Shown here piece after piece: positions 43,041-58,965 of a stretch of DNA of 64,000 nt. The position numbers and the translations under genes are program-made. Origin of the DNA: Octopus vulgaris (lineage: Eukaryota); assembly GCA_951406725.2 (NCBI GenBank), contig OX597824.1, positions 78,368,001-78,432,000 of the forward strand. The letters run 5' to 3'. Below the pieces are notes generated by a model. That model saw only the letters and a list, made by a program, of their open reading frames with translations, did not search any database and had not been told where the DNA came from. Numbering within the stretch: position 1 is the first letter of the stretch; every line of letters begins with the position of its first letter.

Positions 43041-43442
43041 TATTACTCAAAGTAATTCCAACCTCGTCTGATTTTCACGTTTTATTTACAATTTTATAGT
43101 GATATAATATAATATAATATAATATAATATAATGAAATGATAGAATATCAAATGTCTATTCTGATTGAACTAGTACTTACATGCTTTAAACTACGCAATT
43201 TTCAGGTTCATGTAGTAGTGGTGGTAGTTATGTTTTACATTTTACTGTTGTGAATTCAAAAACTTAAATGTCGCCAATACTACATGAACGTGAATATTGC
43301 ATAGATTAATGCTTGAAAGTACTAGTTCAGTCAGAGTGGATCTTTAATATTCTATCATTTCATTATATTATATCATATCATTTTATGTTATAAGATTGTA
43401 AATATAACGTGAAAATCAAAGTTGGAATTTCTTTGAGTAATA
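43041..43442. repeat. Diverged inverted repeat with arms of about 185 bp
   Basis: tattactcaaag/ctttgagtaata, gattttcacgtt/aacgtgaaaatc, tgaactagtac/gtactagttca, gttcatgtagta/tactacatgaac. Confidence 0.8.
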
Positions 43443-43467
43443 TATTCTTCTATACACACACACACTC

Positions 43468-43534
<67 letters not shown>

Positions 43535-45099
43535 CACAATGTATGGGGGTTTAATTCACACGTGATCTAAGCGATTATGTACGCTAGGTAAACGCTGTAA
43601 CGGATTACTGGGGCTCCAAAGTTATAGCCGAGACGTTAGGTATGGAGCCATTGCATATTTTCGATAAAATGGATATATAATTGTTAAATAGGACATTAAA
43701 CATTAAGGCAACGCAAACATCTCAAGTTATATACAATATTATTATAGGAAGAAATTCAAAATCTTACAGCTGTTCCTGGGATGTCCCCGAGTATGGGATA
43801 TTCCGTCATCAAACACAAATAGGGGGGGGGGGGAGAATTATATATAAATGAGAATGATATATAAAAATGAGATGACAGTTTAGAGGAAGGGAGTAAAAGA
43901 ATAGAGAGATGGAAAGAGAGAAGAAAAAAGAAGCATAAAATTCATAGTTCAACTTTCCGAAGTTATAAAAGCCAGAGCATGAGACCTTAGGTGCAATCCT
44001 GCGTAGATCCATGAGCGTAAGTCTTTAGGTGCAATCCTGCGTAGATTCATGTGGCTTAAAGTTCTGATATAGTAGACAACCCAAGAAAAAGACGCGAACA
44101 TATCAACGTTCAATAACAGAATGTTAGCGGAGGTGGCTATCAATTGGTAGAAGTAAAGAAAAATGAAATAGAAAAAGAGGTAGATAGAGTGAGGTAAGGG
44201 GGATTTTAAGAATTGGCTATATGGTAAAGTAAGGTGCATATGTCTAAGAATTGTGTGCGGAGTAGCTGAGAAGACGAGAGAGGATGAGGAAGTAGAGGAA
44301 GATAGGGTAAAAAAGGGAGCGAACTGAAATGAAAGGAATTTAAAGAGAGCTGTAGATGTCTGGTAGTCTCATAGACTAAAGTGGCTGTAGAGTTATATTT
44401 AGCAATGGGTTTGTGTGTTGATGTTAAATTATTTATGAGTGGTAGTTATTGTAAGGGGTTTAATGTAGATTTATTGGGTTAAGGTTTAAAATAAATTAAA
44501 ATAAATTAAAATAAGGTTTAAAATAATGTGTGTGTGTGTGTGTGTGGGTGTGTGTGTGTGGGTGTGTGTGTGTGGGTGTGTGTGCGTATGTATGTAATTA
44601 CATATAAATCGAAACTTTCTAGAGAACTATCCAAAAGTGGCCAGAGGAATGTAATAAGAATACATAGATGAACAAGACTATATTAAGTGGCGTACATGGT
44701 AAATTTTTCATTTCTTGAAATCATCTCCACCTCCAGAACGAGTTAAACAAACACTTAGATACAACTGGCACAGAATCGTTATGAAAGCGTGAGGAATTCT
44801 CAAGAATCAAACATAGAGCCAAAATTGGCATGACAGTAATTAAAAAGAAAGCTTGATTATCTAGAGACAGCAGAACAGGTTCTTGGAAACGTATTTCTGC
44901 GTCGCTACACTTCATCAGTATAACAGTTGTCCTATGCTATCTCCATCAAACATAGTACTCAGACATATACAAGTATTAGTACATATCTATCTAGCCATCT
45001 AGATGTATATATAAATGTAGATATATTTATGTGTGTTTGTGTATGTATGTATGTATGTATGTATGTATGTATGCATATATTATTTATATTATATATATA

Positions 45100-47247
45100 T
45101 CTCTTATTATAAAAGGCAGATTTTATCTGCCTCCCTTTGTATCTTATAGAAATCTACAATATAGGATTTCTTCAATTACAATTTACCTAGCATTTTTAAG
45201 AGTAGAATGCATCGGGTCGTGACAGGTCCACTTTTTAAAATTTCAACCCCAATTAAGCAAAATTTAGAGAAAACTCACATTGTGGTGTATGAGTCAAATG
45301 CTTCTCTTAGTGTGGGATACAGCACACGCAAACGCACACACACAGTGTGCAACGAATAAGGTGAAACTAATTCACTTTCTGTAGTGAGTGACTATTTCAC
45401 TCTACATTCCCACTTCCACTTTACACACATAGACACGCAAATATATAAATAAAATTGTAAGCTAACGTGTGTGTGTGCGTGTGTGTGAGTGTGTGTGCAT
45501 GTGTGTGTGTGAGGGTGTGTGTGTGTGTGTGTGCGTGTGCGTGAGTGTGTGACAGGAAAGTTTTTTACGACGAATATAATACCTATATCCAAGTAGCAGA
45601 AAGATCGCCCAAAAGTGTATATAGATATTTAAATGCATTTATATATTCATCTATGCACACATGTATGTATAACGTGTGTGTATATATTTCCATAGAGGTA
45701 ACCATTCACTCCATACAAAGTTTTTTAGGACGAATATAAGATCTAAAGTTATCTCTAAGAAAAAGAAAGATCGCCCAAAAGTGTATATAGGTATTTAAAT
45801 GTATTTATATATTCATCTATACACAGATGTATGTATAATGTGTGTGTATATATTTCCATAGAGGTAACCTTTGACTCCATACAAAGTTTTTTAGGACGAA
45901 TATAAGATCTAAAGTTATCTCTAAGAAAAAGAAAGATCGCCCAAAAGTGTATATAGATATTTAAATGTATTTATATATTCATCTATACACAGATGTATGT
46001 ATAATGTGTGTGTATATATTTCCATAGAGGTAACCATTCACTCCATACAAAGTTTTTTAGGACGAATATAAGATCTAAAGTTATCTCTAAGAAAAAGAAA
46101 GATCGCCCAAAAGTGTATATAGATATTTAAATGCATTTATATATTCATCTATACACAGATGTATGTATAATGTGTGTGTATATATTTCCATAGAGGTAAC
46201 CTTTCACTCCATACAAAGTTTTTTAGGAGGAATATAAGATCTAAAGTTATCTCTAAGAAAAAGAAAGATCGCCCAAAAGTGTATATAAATATTTAAATCT
46301 ATTTATATATTCATCTATACACACATGTATGTATAATGTGCGTGTATATATTTCCATAGAGGTAACCATTCAATCCATACAAAGTTTTTTAGGACGAAAA
46401 TATTTATATATAAAAGAAAGGTTGTGTGTCTGTCTACTCCGATTTAGATTCCTAACTACTCCCACATTTTGCAATGCAGTTTAACCAAAACCGGGTATCT
46501 TATAGTCGTGATTCATATCGAGCCCTTCTGGGTATTAGCGCGCGTCTACGATGAGTCTATGATTTTACAAATAATTTACCATCATTTTTTTCCATTTTAA
46601 TGCATATTTTTTTTAATAAAGGGAAGTAACTCTCAAACTCCACACCAATATGCGTGCTCATATGCGACGTAATATCACATCAGCAGCATTTCCTCACACC
46701 CTCCTTGCACTTGGCGAAGGCAAAATACCAGGGGATGAAAATGGTAATATTGCCATCGATTCCATTTGTACCATTGTTAAGACACCTTCTGATCTCAGAG
46801 ATGCACTGTTCCCAGATCTACAAGCTAATTATCAGAATATGGATTGGATTGGCAAAAAGGCTATACTGGCCCCGAGGAATAAAACTGTTCACCATATTAA
46901 TGATGAAATGCTAAAACTCATTCCTGGGGAAGTCTATGTATATCAGTCTATCGATACAACTCCTGACCCAGAGGACGTCATCAACTATCCAATAGAGGTA
47001 CTCAATTCCTTTGAGCACCCCGGACTACCACCACACTTTCTCAAACTTAAAGTTGGTGCCCCTATAATGCTCATCAGAAATTTGGTTCCCCCAAAACAAT
47101 GCAATGGCACACGTTTTATCGTTAAGTCCTTATCTCCCACCGTAAACTTATATCAATATTTGCCTGAATAATCATCATAATTCAGTGCAATCATTAACAG
47201 TACTTTCAAGCAATTCAGCCCCGAGCAACGCCGGGCAATTCTGCTAG
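45100..47247 (+). mobile_element. Composite Helitron with an internal tandem array and a Pif1-like helicase fragment
   Basis: 5' tctcttattataaaa; 3' hairpin cccgagcaacgccggg plus CTAG followed by T; ORF 46650-47171 with AILAPRN, GLPPHFLKLKVGAPIMLIRNL..CNGTR. Confidence 0.9.
45557..46398. repeat. 166-bp tandem repeat, about 5 copies
   Basis: tcgcccaaaagtg recurs at 45605, 45771, 45937, 46103 and 46269. Confidence 0.95.
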
Positions 47248-47474
47248 TATATATATAATAAAATATTAGGGAATAAATCCACGAATTTTTACGAATTGGA
47301 CAGCCATGAAACGATCGTAGTGTTATACTAATTATTTTTTTAATAATTTTGATATATATTTAAAATAATATAAATTAATTAATCTTATGTATTGGCTTAA
47401 GCTTTTCATTGTATGATTTGCCTAATAGTGGTTTTATCTCTAATTTAATATAATATTATCTCTATATTTATATA

Positions 47475-47533
<59 letters not shown>

Positions 47534-47554
47534 GCATGTATATTATTTCTTTAA

Positions 47555-47734
47555 AGGTCACAATACATGTATTAAAGCGCTATCAATAGTTTCATATACT
47601 CTTTTACTCTTTTACTTGTTTCAGTCATTTGAATGCGGCCATGCTGGAGTACCGCTAAGTTACTGGGACGTAAACACACCAGCATCGATTGTCAAGCGAT
47701 ATTGGGGGGAAAACAAAGACACACAAACACACAC

Positions 47735-47787
<53 letters not shown>

Positions 47788-48287
47788 TACGACGGGCTTC
47801 TTTCAGTTTCCGTCTACCAAATCCACTCACAAGATTTTGGTCGGCCTGTGGCTACAGTAGAAGACACTTGCCCAAGGTCCCACGCAGTGGGACTGAACCC
47901 GGAACCATGTGGTTTGTAAGCAGGCTACTTACCACAGAGCTACTCCTACGCCTATATGTTGAGATAAGGTATTGATTTCTCAATTACTTTCCATTTAATC
48001 ACATGCGGTGTTTCCTTATCTTTCAAAGTCCATATGTAGTTAGCCAACATAGTACTTTACTTTTGTCCCTATGTCGGAAGAAGGCTATGTGATTGGCATG
48101 GCGATTTTTAAATCCACCTTCACATAATGCAATATAGGTCTTCTTATCAGTCGTATTATTATTATTTAGGATTGCAGTAACTTCTGCCTCATATGATGGA
48201 TTTAGTCACACATCGTTACAAGAATATGTTTAAATTTTCTCAACATATGAAATTTTTAGCAGCGCTTTAATACATGTATTGTGACCT
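47555..48287. mobile_element. Kolobok-like MITE with TTAA TSD, carrying a SINE insertion
   Basis: Perfect 27-bp TIR aggtcacaatacatgtattaaagcgct flanked by ttaa on both sides; AGG...CCT termini. Confidence 0.8.
47597..47952 (-). mobile_element. SINE family A with an internal deletion
   Basis: Family motifs in reverse complement. Confidence 0.85.
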
Positions 48288-48532
48288 TTAAATGAATATT
48301 TATCTCTCAGCAGATGGACTATGTATTTGTTGAATTTTCTATCACGGATCAGTACATTATATATACATATGTGTGTGTTTGTGTGTGTATATATGCATAT
48401 ATATATATATGCGGTCAGTCACCAGTCAACCAATGAATGCGTTTCTTTTACCCGTTCTCTCTATTTCTGTGCTTCTTTGTTTTATATGTATGTATGCATA
48501 TTGAATAGGCACATACATATGCATATACATTT

Positions 48533-48574
<42 letters not shown>

Positions 48575-48603
48575 GTGCTTGTATGCGTGAGAGAGAGAGA
48601 AAG

Positions 48604-48645
<42 letters not shown>

Positions 48646-48787
48646 CACACATATACATGCATATATACACGTGTACGGTTTGAATGTATATAGTACGTGA
48701 GAGAAATAGAGACCAAGAAAGCATCACAAAAATAAACGGAGAGATATATACATATATATATATATATATACATATATATGTACACAT

Positions 48788-48833
<46 letters not shown>

Positions 48834-48850
48834 ATGTGTACATATATATG

Positions 48851-48915
<65 letters not shown>

Positions 48916-49427
48916 GAGACTGAAATTCGTACACATATAAAACTAGAAAGCAGACAGAGACAGAGAGACAGAGAAAGAGACAGAGAGACAGAGAAAGAGA
49001 CGGAGAGACAGAGAAAGAGACAGAGAGACAGAAAATGACTAAAAGCAATGCATTCATTGGTTGACGTCTGATGACTGAGTGCTCGTTAATTTGATCAGGC
49101 GGGTCAACGTCTCATGAAGAGTAGACAACATCTCGCACAGAGAAACGCTACCAACAGATTTTCTACAATTCAATGATCATCCGAAGCACGTAATTCTCCG
49201 ATTTGACATTTCATTGCCGTTGATATATCGTCATGTGTTCTAATTTTCAGCTTGTATTTTTACTTTTACTTTTTCTTTTTCTTTTTTTTTCCTTTTTTAT
49301 TTATTATTATTATTATTCTATTTTGAAATCTCTCCGTTTATTTTTGTGATGCTTTCTTGGTCTCTATTTCTCTCACGTACTATATACATTCAAACCGTAC
49401 ACGTGTATATATGCATGTATATGTGTG

Positions 49428-49475
<48 letters not shown>

Positions 49476-49594
49476 TTCTCTCTCTCTCACGCATACAAGC
49501 ACGTATATATATATATATATGTATGCATGCATGTATGTACGTATGTATAGAGAGAGACAGACAGACTGTTACCGACAGAGGGAGGGAGAGATAG

Positions 49595-49669
<75 letters not shown>

Positions 49670-49670
49670 C

Positions 49671-50832
<1,162 letters not shown>

Positions 50833-50846
50833 TAGATAGATAGATT

Positions 50847-50885
<39 letters not shown>

Positions 50886-50886
50886 G

Positions 50887-50937
<51 letters not shown>

Positions 50938-51497
50938 GATAGATAGATAGATACACATGTATATATATACATTTATTTATATATTTATACATATACATAT
51001 ACATATATATATACATATATACATACATATATTTATACATATATATATACATATATTTATACATATACATATATATATACATATATATATGCGCATATAT
51101 ATACGCACACGCGCATATACATATTGCTGTTTGTCTCTCACTGGCTTTTCTCACCCTCTTTCACTATCTCTTCGCTCTCTCCTGGTACTTCTCTCTCTTA
51201 TATAATAAACACCTCTGTGTGATTCTGTTTCGAAGTCTGTATGGAACGTGTAATGCGTTGTACAAAATATGTTTAGATGCTGGATTTGCCAATATCTTAT
51301 ATATATATTTCCTGTGTAAAAATAAGAACGTGTGAAATATGTTCTGACGTACTAGCCTTCACGCTATGGTCACAAGTTAATCTGTGTGTGTATTTGTGTA
51401 TGTGTGTCTGTGTGGGTGGGTGTGTGTGTGTTAAATAAAATGAGACAACAAAGCCAAGGCTGTGTGTAATTTCAGGACATTTATAAAGAGAAAGCTA

Positions 51498-51545
51498 GTC
51501 TTGCAGCTCTTTCTGGGATATTAGGGATATCCCTTCATCAGAGAC
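51498..51545 (-). ncRNA. Degenerate hammerhead-like motif
   Basis: gtct-CTGATGA-a-gggata/tatccc-a-GAAA-gagct-GCA-agac (stem III and triplet mutated); a related degenerate copy lies at 43762-43814. Confidence 0.5.
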
Positions 51546-51856
51546 GATGTGAGATGGTTAAATAGAGTTCAAATTCCGCCGAAGTCGACTTTGCCTTTCA
51601 TCCTTTCGGGAGTCGATAAAATAACTGTTGGACACTGAAGTCGATATAATCGACTTAGTCCCTGCACCGCCGAAATTGCTGGCCTTGTGAAACAATATGA
51701 ACTCTTTACTAAGGCGACGAGCTGGCATGCAATAATAATGGTTTACCTGGACGAGTATCATTTACCTGCAAGGGGTGGAAAATGAGATGAGACAATTAAA
51801 CTGGCCTTGCTTTATTAGTGGACTCTGAATTAATTATTATTATTATTATTATTATT

Positions 51857-53168
<1,312 letters not shown>

Positions 53169-53849
53169 CATTATTATTATCATTATTATTATTACGCGAT
53201 GCTGCAGGCGTCAAACGTATTTGACCATTCTCTCACATCTCAGCGGACATCTATTAATGAGTAGAAAGAAAGTAGGTAAAGCTAAACAACAACAAAAATG
53301 TAGACAGTAGTTTTGTCTTGTTTATTTATATATTTCTCACAAACCATGTTATTTTTGTAGGAAAAATTTGAAGCCAAGTTCTGTCAGTTTGACATTTCAG
53401 TAGAAAACATTCACTGAGTAATTTCGATGTGACACACGAGATAATTTCAAGCATTTACAAGACGTTTTTCTCAGCAAATATAAACAATATACACACTGTG
53501 TGCCGTATGGTCTGTGTGTTTTTGTCCTCTTATGTTTTGTAATTACAAGTCTTAAATTATTTTTTATATTATTTTATGTTGTCCGATGTTTGTTTACAAG
53601 AAATTCTTATATAGAGGCTTCGTAAATTATAGCATCATTATGACGTATTTGAATTATATGAGACTGGGTACATATGTACATGGAAGTCGCATTCACACAC
53701 GTACGCGTACACGCACGCATGTGCGCTGTTATCACTATTAAACACTGGTTTATAAATGTGCGTATTGTTTATCATTCATATACATATGCACATTCATTTT
53801 GCACTTATATATATATATGTGCTTCTATGTGTGTATATATAGTTATATG

Positions 53850-54590
53850 TATCAAGTCATCCCATAAGTTATGTCCGAATTTTGAATAAAGAAAACAAAT
53901 GATCAATTGTTATATTTAATTGAAATTTAATCATCAATGTACTTTCCCTGATTATCTGTGACTTTCTTCCATCTATTTACAAGCTTTTTAATCCCATCGA
54001 TGTAAAACTCTTTCGGTTTCAAAGCAAAGAACTCTGAAATACCAGTTTCGACCTCTTCCTGGCTTGCGAAAGTTATATCCCTCAAATGATTCTGTAAACT
54101 ATGAAACAAATGGTAGTCTGAAGGAGCAAGGTCGGGAGAATAAGGTGGATGAGGAATTTTTTTCCCAACCAAGCTCTTCGATCTTCTGTGATGTGATCTT
54201 TGCAGTGTGGGGTCGCGCATTGTCCTGATGCGGGTCTTTTTTCTTCAAAGCTTGGTTCAAACGCTCTAATTTCTGACAGCTCACTTGAGCATTGATTGTT
54301 TGCATTAGATGGTAACAATTCAAAGTGAATTACTCCCTTGCAATAACACCAGATAGAGAGAGGAACCTTTTTCCCACGAAGTTCCCTTCTCGGTTGTGGT
54401 TGAGCTTTTTCCCGTTTACCAAGCCACTGTTTCCGACGTTTAACATTTCGATAGAAGACCCATTTTTGTCACCAGTCACAAGTCTATCCAAAAAGGGTGA
54501 AATGAGTTCGCGAGAATGGCGAGATGAGCAAATGTCAACTCGGGATTTGCGGTTGCTTTCGGACAATTCATGAGGCACCCATTTTTCAAG
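53850..54590 (-). mobile_element. Mariner transposase remnant
   Basis: KWVPHELSE, VTGD, HQDNARPH, HPPYSPDLAPSDYHLF. Confidence 0.9.
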
Positions 54591-54595
54591 TTTAA

Positions 54596-54626
<31 letters not shown>

Positions 54627-54660
54627 AGATATACACACACACACACACACACACACGCAT

Positions 54661-54807
54661 ATCGTACAATATATTTACCAACTAAATGTGGCGGTCCCAT
54701 AGAGGACGATGTTACTGTTGCTTTTAATGACTTCCTGGGGCTAAAAACAACAGTAACATCGTCCTCTATAGGACCGCCACATTTAGTTGGCAAATATATT
54801 TTACGAT
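54661..54807. repeat. Fold-back hairpin with 60-bp arms and a 27-nt loop
   Basis: 54661-54720 and 54748-54807 are reverse complements with about 3 mismatches. Confidence 0.9.
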
Positions 54808-54976
54808 GTGTGTACATGTATATATATATAACTATGTACATATATATATATATATATATATATGTAGGTCCCGGGTTGATTCGGGGTTAACCACAGTAAG
54901 TAAGGTACTCAATACATAGCAGAGTAAAATTAATTTATTATATAGAAGGAGCTTAGAAGCTCCTTCTATATAATAA

Positions 54977-55055
<79 letters not shown>

Positions 55056-55552
55056 CATATATATATATATTCATTCATGAAATGTATGTCGAAACGAATG
55101 TAGCTAAATAGTTATACGTAATATGATAAACCTCAGTCTTCGACTTATGTATGTCTGTATGTAGATGCACGTGGCTTAGTGGTTATGATGTCGCATTCCT
55201 GATCATAAGATTTCTGGACTGAACGATGCGCTCTTGACCAAAAATACTTCAATTCACAATGTTGCAGTCCGCTCAGCTGGCAAACAGTGTGTAACCCTGC
55301 GACGGACCGGTTTCCTGTCCAGTGAGTGGGATTAATACATATACCACAAAATCTGGGAAACCGGCCTTATCAGTCTATGGCTTGGAAAGCTCCTTTGATC
55401 TTTCTTCTGCTCTATTTATTCAATATGCACAATATTTTGTAATACGTGATTTACTCGTTATTCTAAATTATCTTATTTTCTACCGTAAATACTTTACCTA
55501 ATGTTACAGATGTATTAAAAATAACCAAAGTATATGTTTCTACGCATGAGTG

Positions 55553-55868
55553 TGTAAAGGTGCGTGGCTTAGTGGTTAAAGCGTCGGGGATTCAAATCAT
55601 GAGGTAGAGGTTTAGATTCCCGGACCGGGCTGTGTGTTGTGTGCTTGGGCAAGACACTTTATTTTACTTTGCTCTATTTCACTCAGCTGTAGAAATGAGT
55701 CGTACCTTCATTGTTGCCAAGCTGTATAGGCTTTTGCCTTTCCCTTGGAAAACGTCGGTGGCGTGAAGAATATTAGACTTCCATAAACAACCTTGTCCAG
55801 ACTTGCACCTGAGAGGAGAACTTTCTAGATGCAATCACACGGCCATTCATGACCGAAGGGTGTCTTTA
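55553..55868 (+). mobile_element. SINE family D, diverged copy
   Basis: Head gcgtggcttagtggtta; cactcagctgtagaaatgagt; tail cattcatgaccgaaggg. Confidence 0.8.
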
Positions 55869-56230
55869 TCTGTTGCGCACGAGAGCTTGATCTCACAAAT
55901 AGAGTACATACATTTCTAAAGGTTTTCACAACATATTTAACGCATTCCGCGCAAAATCTGCAAATTACCATTATAAATTACCATTATTCTTGTTCACAGT
56001 CACTGCAATTGTGCTCGAAGTACAATATTTCTTGTCCAGATACGAGAAGGCACTAACATAACTTGACCTTTTCAGTCTGTATTTTGAAATTATTTGTTTT
56101 AATTTCCTATTTTCTCCTGCTTAACGCAAGAAATATGCGAGTGATGTGTAATATAAAAAAAGTAATAGTCAAAAAGCTGAATACGTGATACCTCTCAGTA
56201 AGTTATATATCATAGGTAGCATTATATTAT

Positions 56231-56494
56231 TCTTTTACTCTTTTACTTGTTTCAGTCATTTGACTGCGGCCATGCTGGAGCACCGCCTTTAGTCGAGCAA
56301 ATCGACCCTGGGACTTATTCTTTGTAAGCCCAGTACTTATTCTATCGGTCTCTTTTGCTGAACCGCTAAGTGACGGGGACGTAAGCACACCAGCATCGGT
56401 TGTCAAGCAATGCTAGGAGGACAAACATAGACACCTGAACCCGGAACAATGTGGTTGGTTAGCAAGCTACTTACCACACAGCCACTCCTGCGCC
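56231..56494 (-). mobile_element. SINE family A with the central part deleted
   Basis: Tail and head are joined directly. Confidence 0.85.
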
Positions 56495-56509
56495 TATATA
56501 TATACAAGA

Positions 56510-57066
56510 CTCAGTGGTTAAAGCCTCAGTCTCACAATTATGAGACAGAGGGCTCGATTCGAGGACCGGGTTATGTGTTGTGTTCTTGAGCAAGACACTT
56601 TATTTCACATTGCCCCTGTTCACTCAGCCATAAAAATGAGTTGAGACATCACTGATGCCAAGCTGTATCGGCCTTTGTCTTTCCCTTGGATAACATCGAT
56701 GGCGTGGAATGTGGAGCTGGCACGCATGGATGACTGATGGTCTTCCATATACCTATTTCTTTACTACACACAAGGGGCTAAACACAGAGAGGACAACCAA
56801 AGACAGACAAACCGATTAAGTTGATTATATGGACCCCAGTGCGTAACTGGTACTTATTTAATCAACCCCGAAAGGATGAAAGGCAAAGTCGACCTCGGCG
56901 GAATTTGAACTCAGAACGTAATGGCAGACGAAATACGGCTACGCATTTCGCCCGGCGTGCTAACGATTCTGCCAGCTCGCCGCCTTAAACCACCTTGCTC
57001 GGACTTGTACCTGGGAGGGGAGCTTTCTCGGTGCAATCCCATAGTCATTCATGACCGAAGGCTGTC
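56510..57066 (+). mobile_element. SINE family D interrupted by a minus-strand SINE family B copy (about 56750-56985)
   Basis: Family D sequence resumes (aaaccaccttgc) after the family B head gccagctcgccgcc. Confidence 0.85.
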
Positions 57067-57367
57067 TTAAGTGCACATATATTAAATATGTATTGATGAC
57101 TTATAGAGTATTGTTTGCATATTGATAAGATATGAGAAAACGGAGAAAATTAATTTGATCACCAGAAGTTATGAACACGGAAAAAAATTACTGAGCATCA
57201 TGAGATAAGCAATGAACTTTCGAATACGAAAAAAACAAAACCACATAAATAGAATGACACCAGCCAGGAATGAGAGCTCGTATCGAGTGAAAGATCGTAT
57301 CGAATAATTCGGAAACTAATTCGTTTTAGCTTCAAATTACTCACAATATGTATATATGTAAATATAT

Positions 57368-57514
<147 letters not shown>

Positions 57515-57656
57515 CATATGAGAAAAAAAAGTCAAAATAGATAATGCTAAAATAATTTTTTAAAAAGCATATCGGTACCGGTTTCAGTCATTGAGACATA
57601 TATATATATTTACTTACTTATTTATATAAATGTGTGCGCGTGTGTCTGTGTGCGTG

Positions 57657-57695
<39 letters not shown>

Positions 57696-58062
57696 ACGCA
57701 CACACACACACACACATACATACGCACATACACACACGCACACACATATATATATATATTTTTTTTTGTATGTATGTATCTTTTAGCTTTTATTTATTTC
57801 AGTCAAAAGTTTCGGGCCTTGTGCCTAAAGTAGAAAAGATTATACGTACATTAAAGACATTCATATCGCAATGTCAAAGTAGAATCGTTACACCGTTGGA
57901 TTGAATTAGAATTATATACGGCACCTGTTCAGATTTTGTACTCTGAGTTCCCAACCCATCGAGGTCAACATTATTTTTAATATTTTCGGAGATCGACGGA
58001 AAAAATGCATCAATCTAGTGCAATGGATTAGTGAAACTTTTACAGAACATAATGGATGATGA

Positions 58063-58449
58063 TGGAAGCACTCCGTCGGTTACGACGATGAGGGTTCCGG
58101 TTGATCCGAATCAACGGAACAGCCTGCTCGTGAAATTAACGTGTAAGTGGCTGAGCACTCCACAGACACGTGCACCCTTAACGTAGTTCTCGGTGATATT
58201 CAGCGTGACACAGAGAGTGACAAGGCCGGCCCCTTGAAATACAGGTACAACAGAAACAGGAAGTAAGAGTGAGAGAAAGTTGTGGTGAAAGAGTACAGCA
58301 GGGATCACCACCATCCCCTGCCGGAGCATCGTGGAGCTTTTAGGTGTTTTCGCTCAATAAACACTCACAACGCCCGGTCTGGGAATCGAAACCGCGATCC
58401 TATGACCGCCAGTCCGCTGCCCTAACCACTGGGCCATTGCGCCTCCACA
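58063..58449 (-). mobile_element. SINE family C, full length
   Basis: Same family sequence as 10781-11170. Confidence 0.9.
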
Positions 58450-58929
58450 CAGAACATAATATTCTTGCCTCCACAAAGTCTTGTCCTTGTTACGGTGTTG
58501 TGTCTTATGTGCCTCAACAACTCTAAGAGCTATGGCAATGGAGTGCAGATTTCTGGTAAGGTCTCTCATGCTGAATAGGTCAAATGACAGAGGTCAGACT
58601 GATATGGACAAGCTCTCCTCAGAAGTAAAAATAGGTTTGCATAGGACTAGCACCCTTATCGACAAATAAAGCACAGTTTCAGAAGCATCGACGACAATTC
58701 AAAGCCAATACGACCTTGTTGAGGAACAGATAGTCCGAAGTCAAGAAGAGAAGAGAAAATTCGCTGATGGCCTGTTCTCCATAGGCAGTGAAGGGTCTCA
58801 CTAAGTATGGTATTGATTGTAGTATCTGCACTGACTTTTACGTATTGCCGTCGGTGTTGGGTAGTGATGGCTGTGTTGTTGTTGTTGTTGGTGGTGTTGA
58901 TGGTGGTGATGTTGGTGGTGGTGGTGGTG

Positions 58930-58965
<36 letters not shown>

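Noticed and set aside
45557-46398. Regularly spaced repeats as a possible CRISPR array
   Set aside because: The whole 166-bp unit is repeated with no unique spacers; the context is eukaryotic and inside a Helitron.
46650-47171. Host PIF1 helicase gene
   Set aside because: An intronless fragment enclosed by Helitron termini, so it is a RepHel remnant.
53361-53504. Possible fourth + strand exon (tttttgtAG ... GTatgg)
   Set aside because: The splice signals are plausible, but AT-rich DNA produces such matches by chance; too weak without RNA data.
58450-58640. Possible exon ending at ctg|gtaagg
   Set aside because: No clear acceptor, and the sequence resembles a decayed RTE-type 5' UTR repeat.
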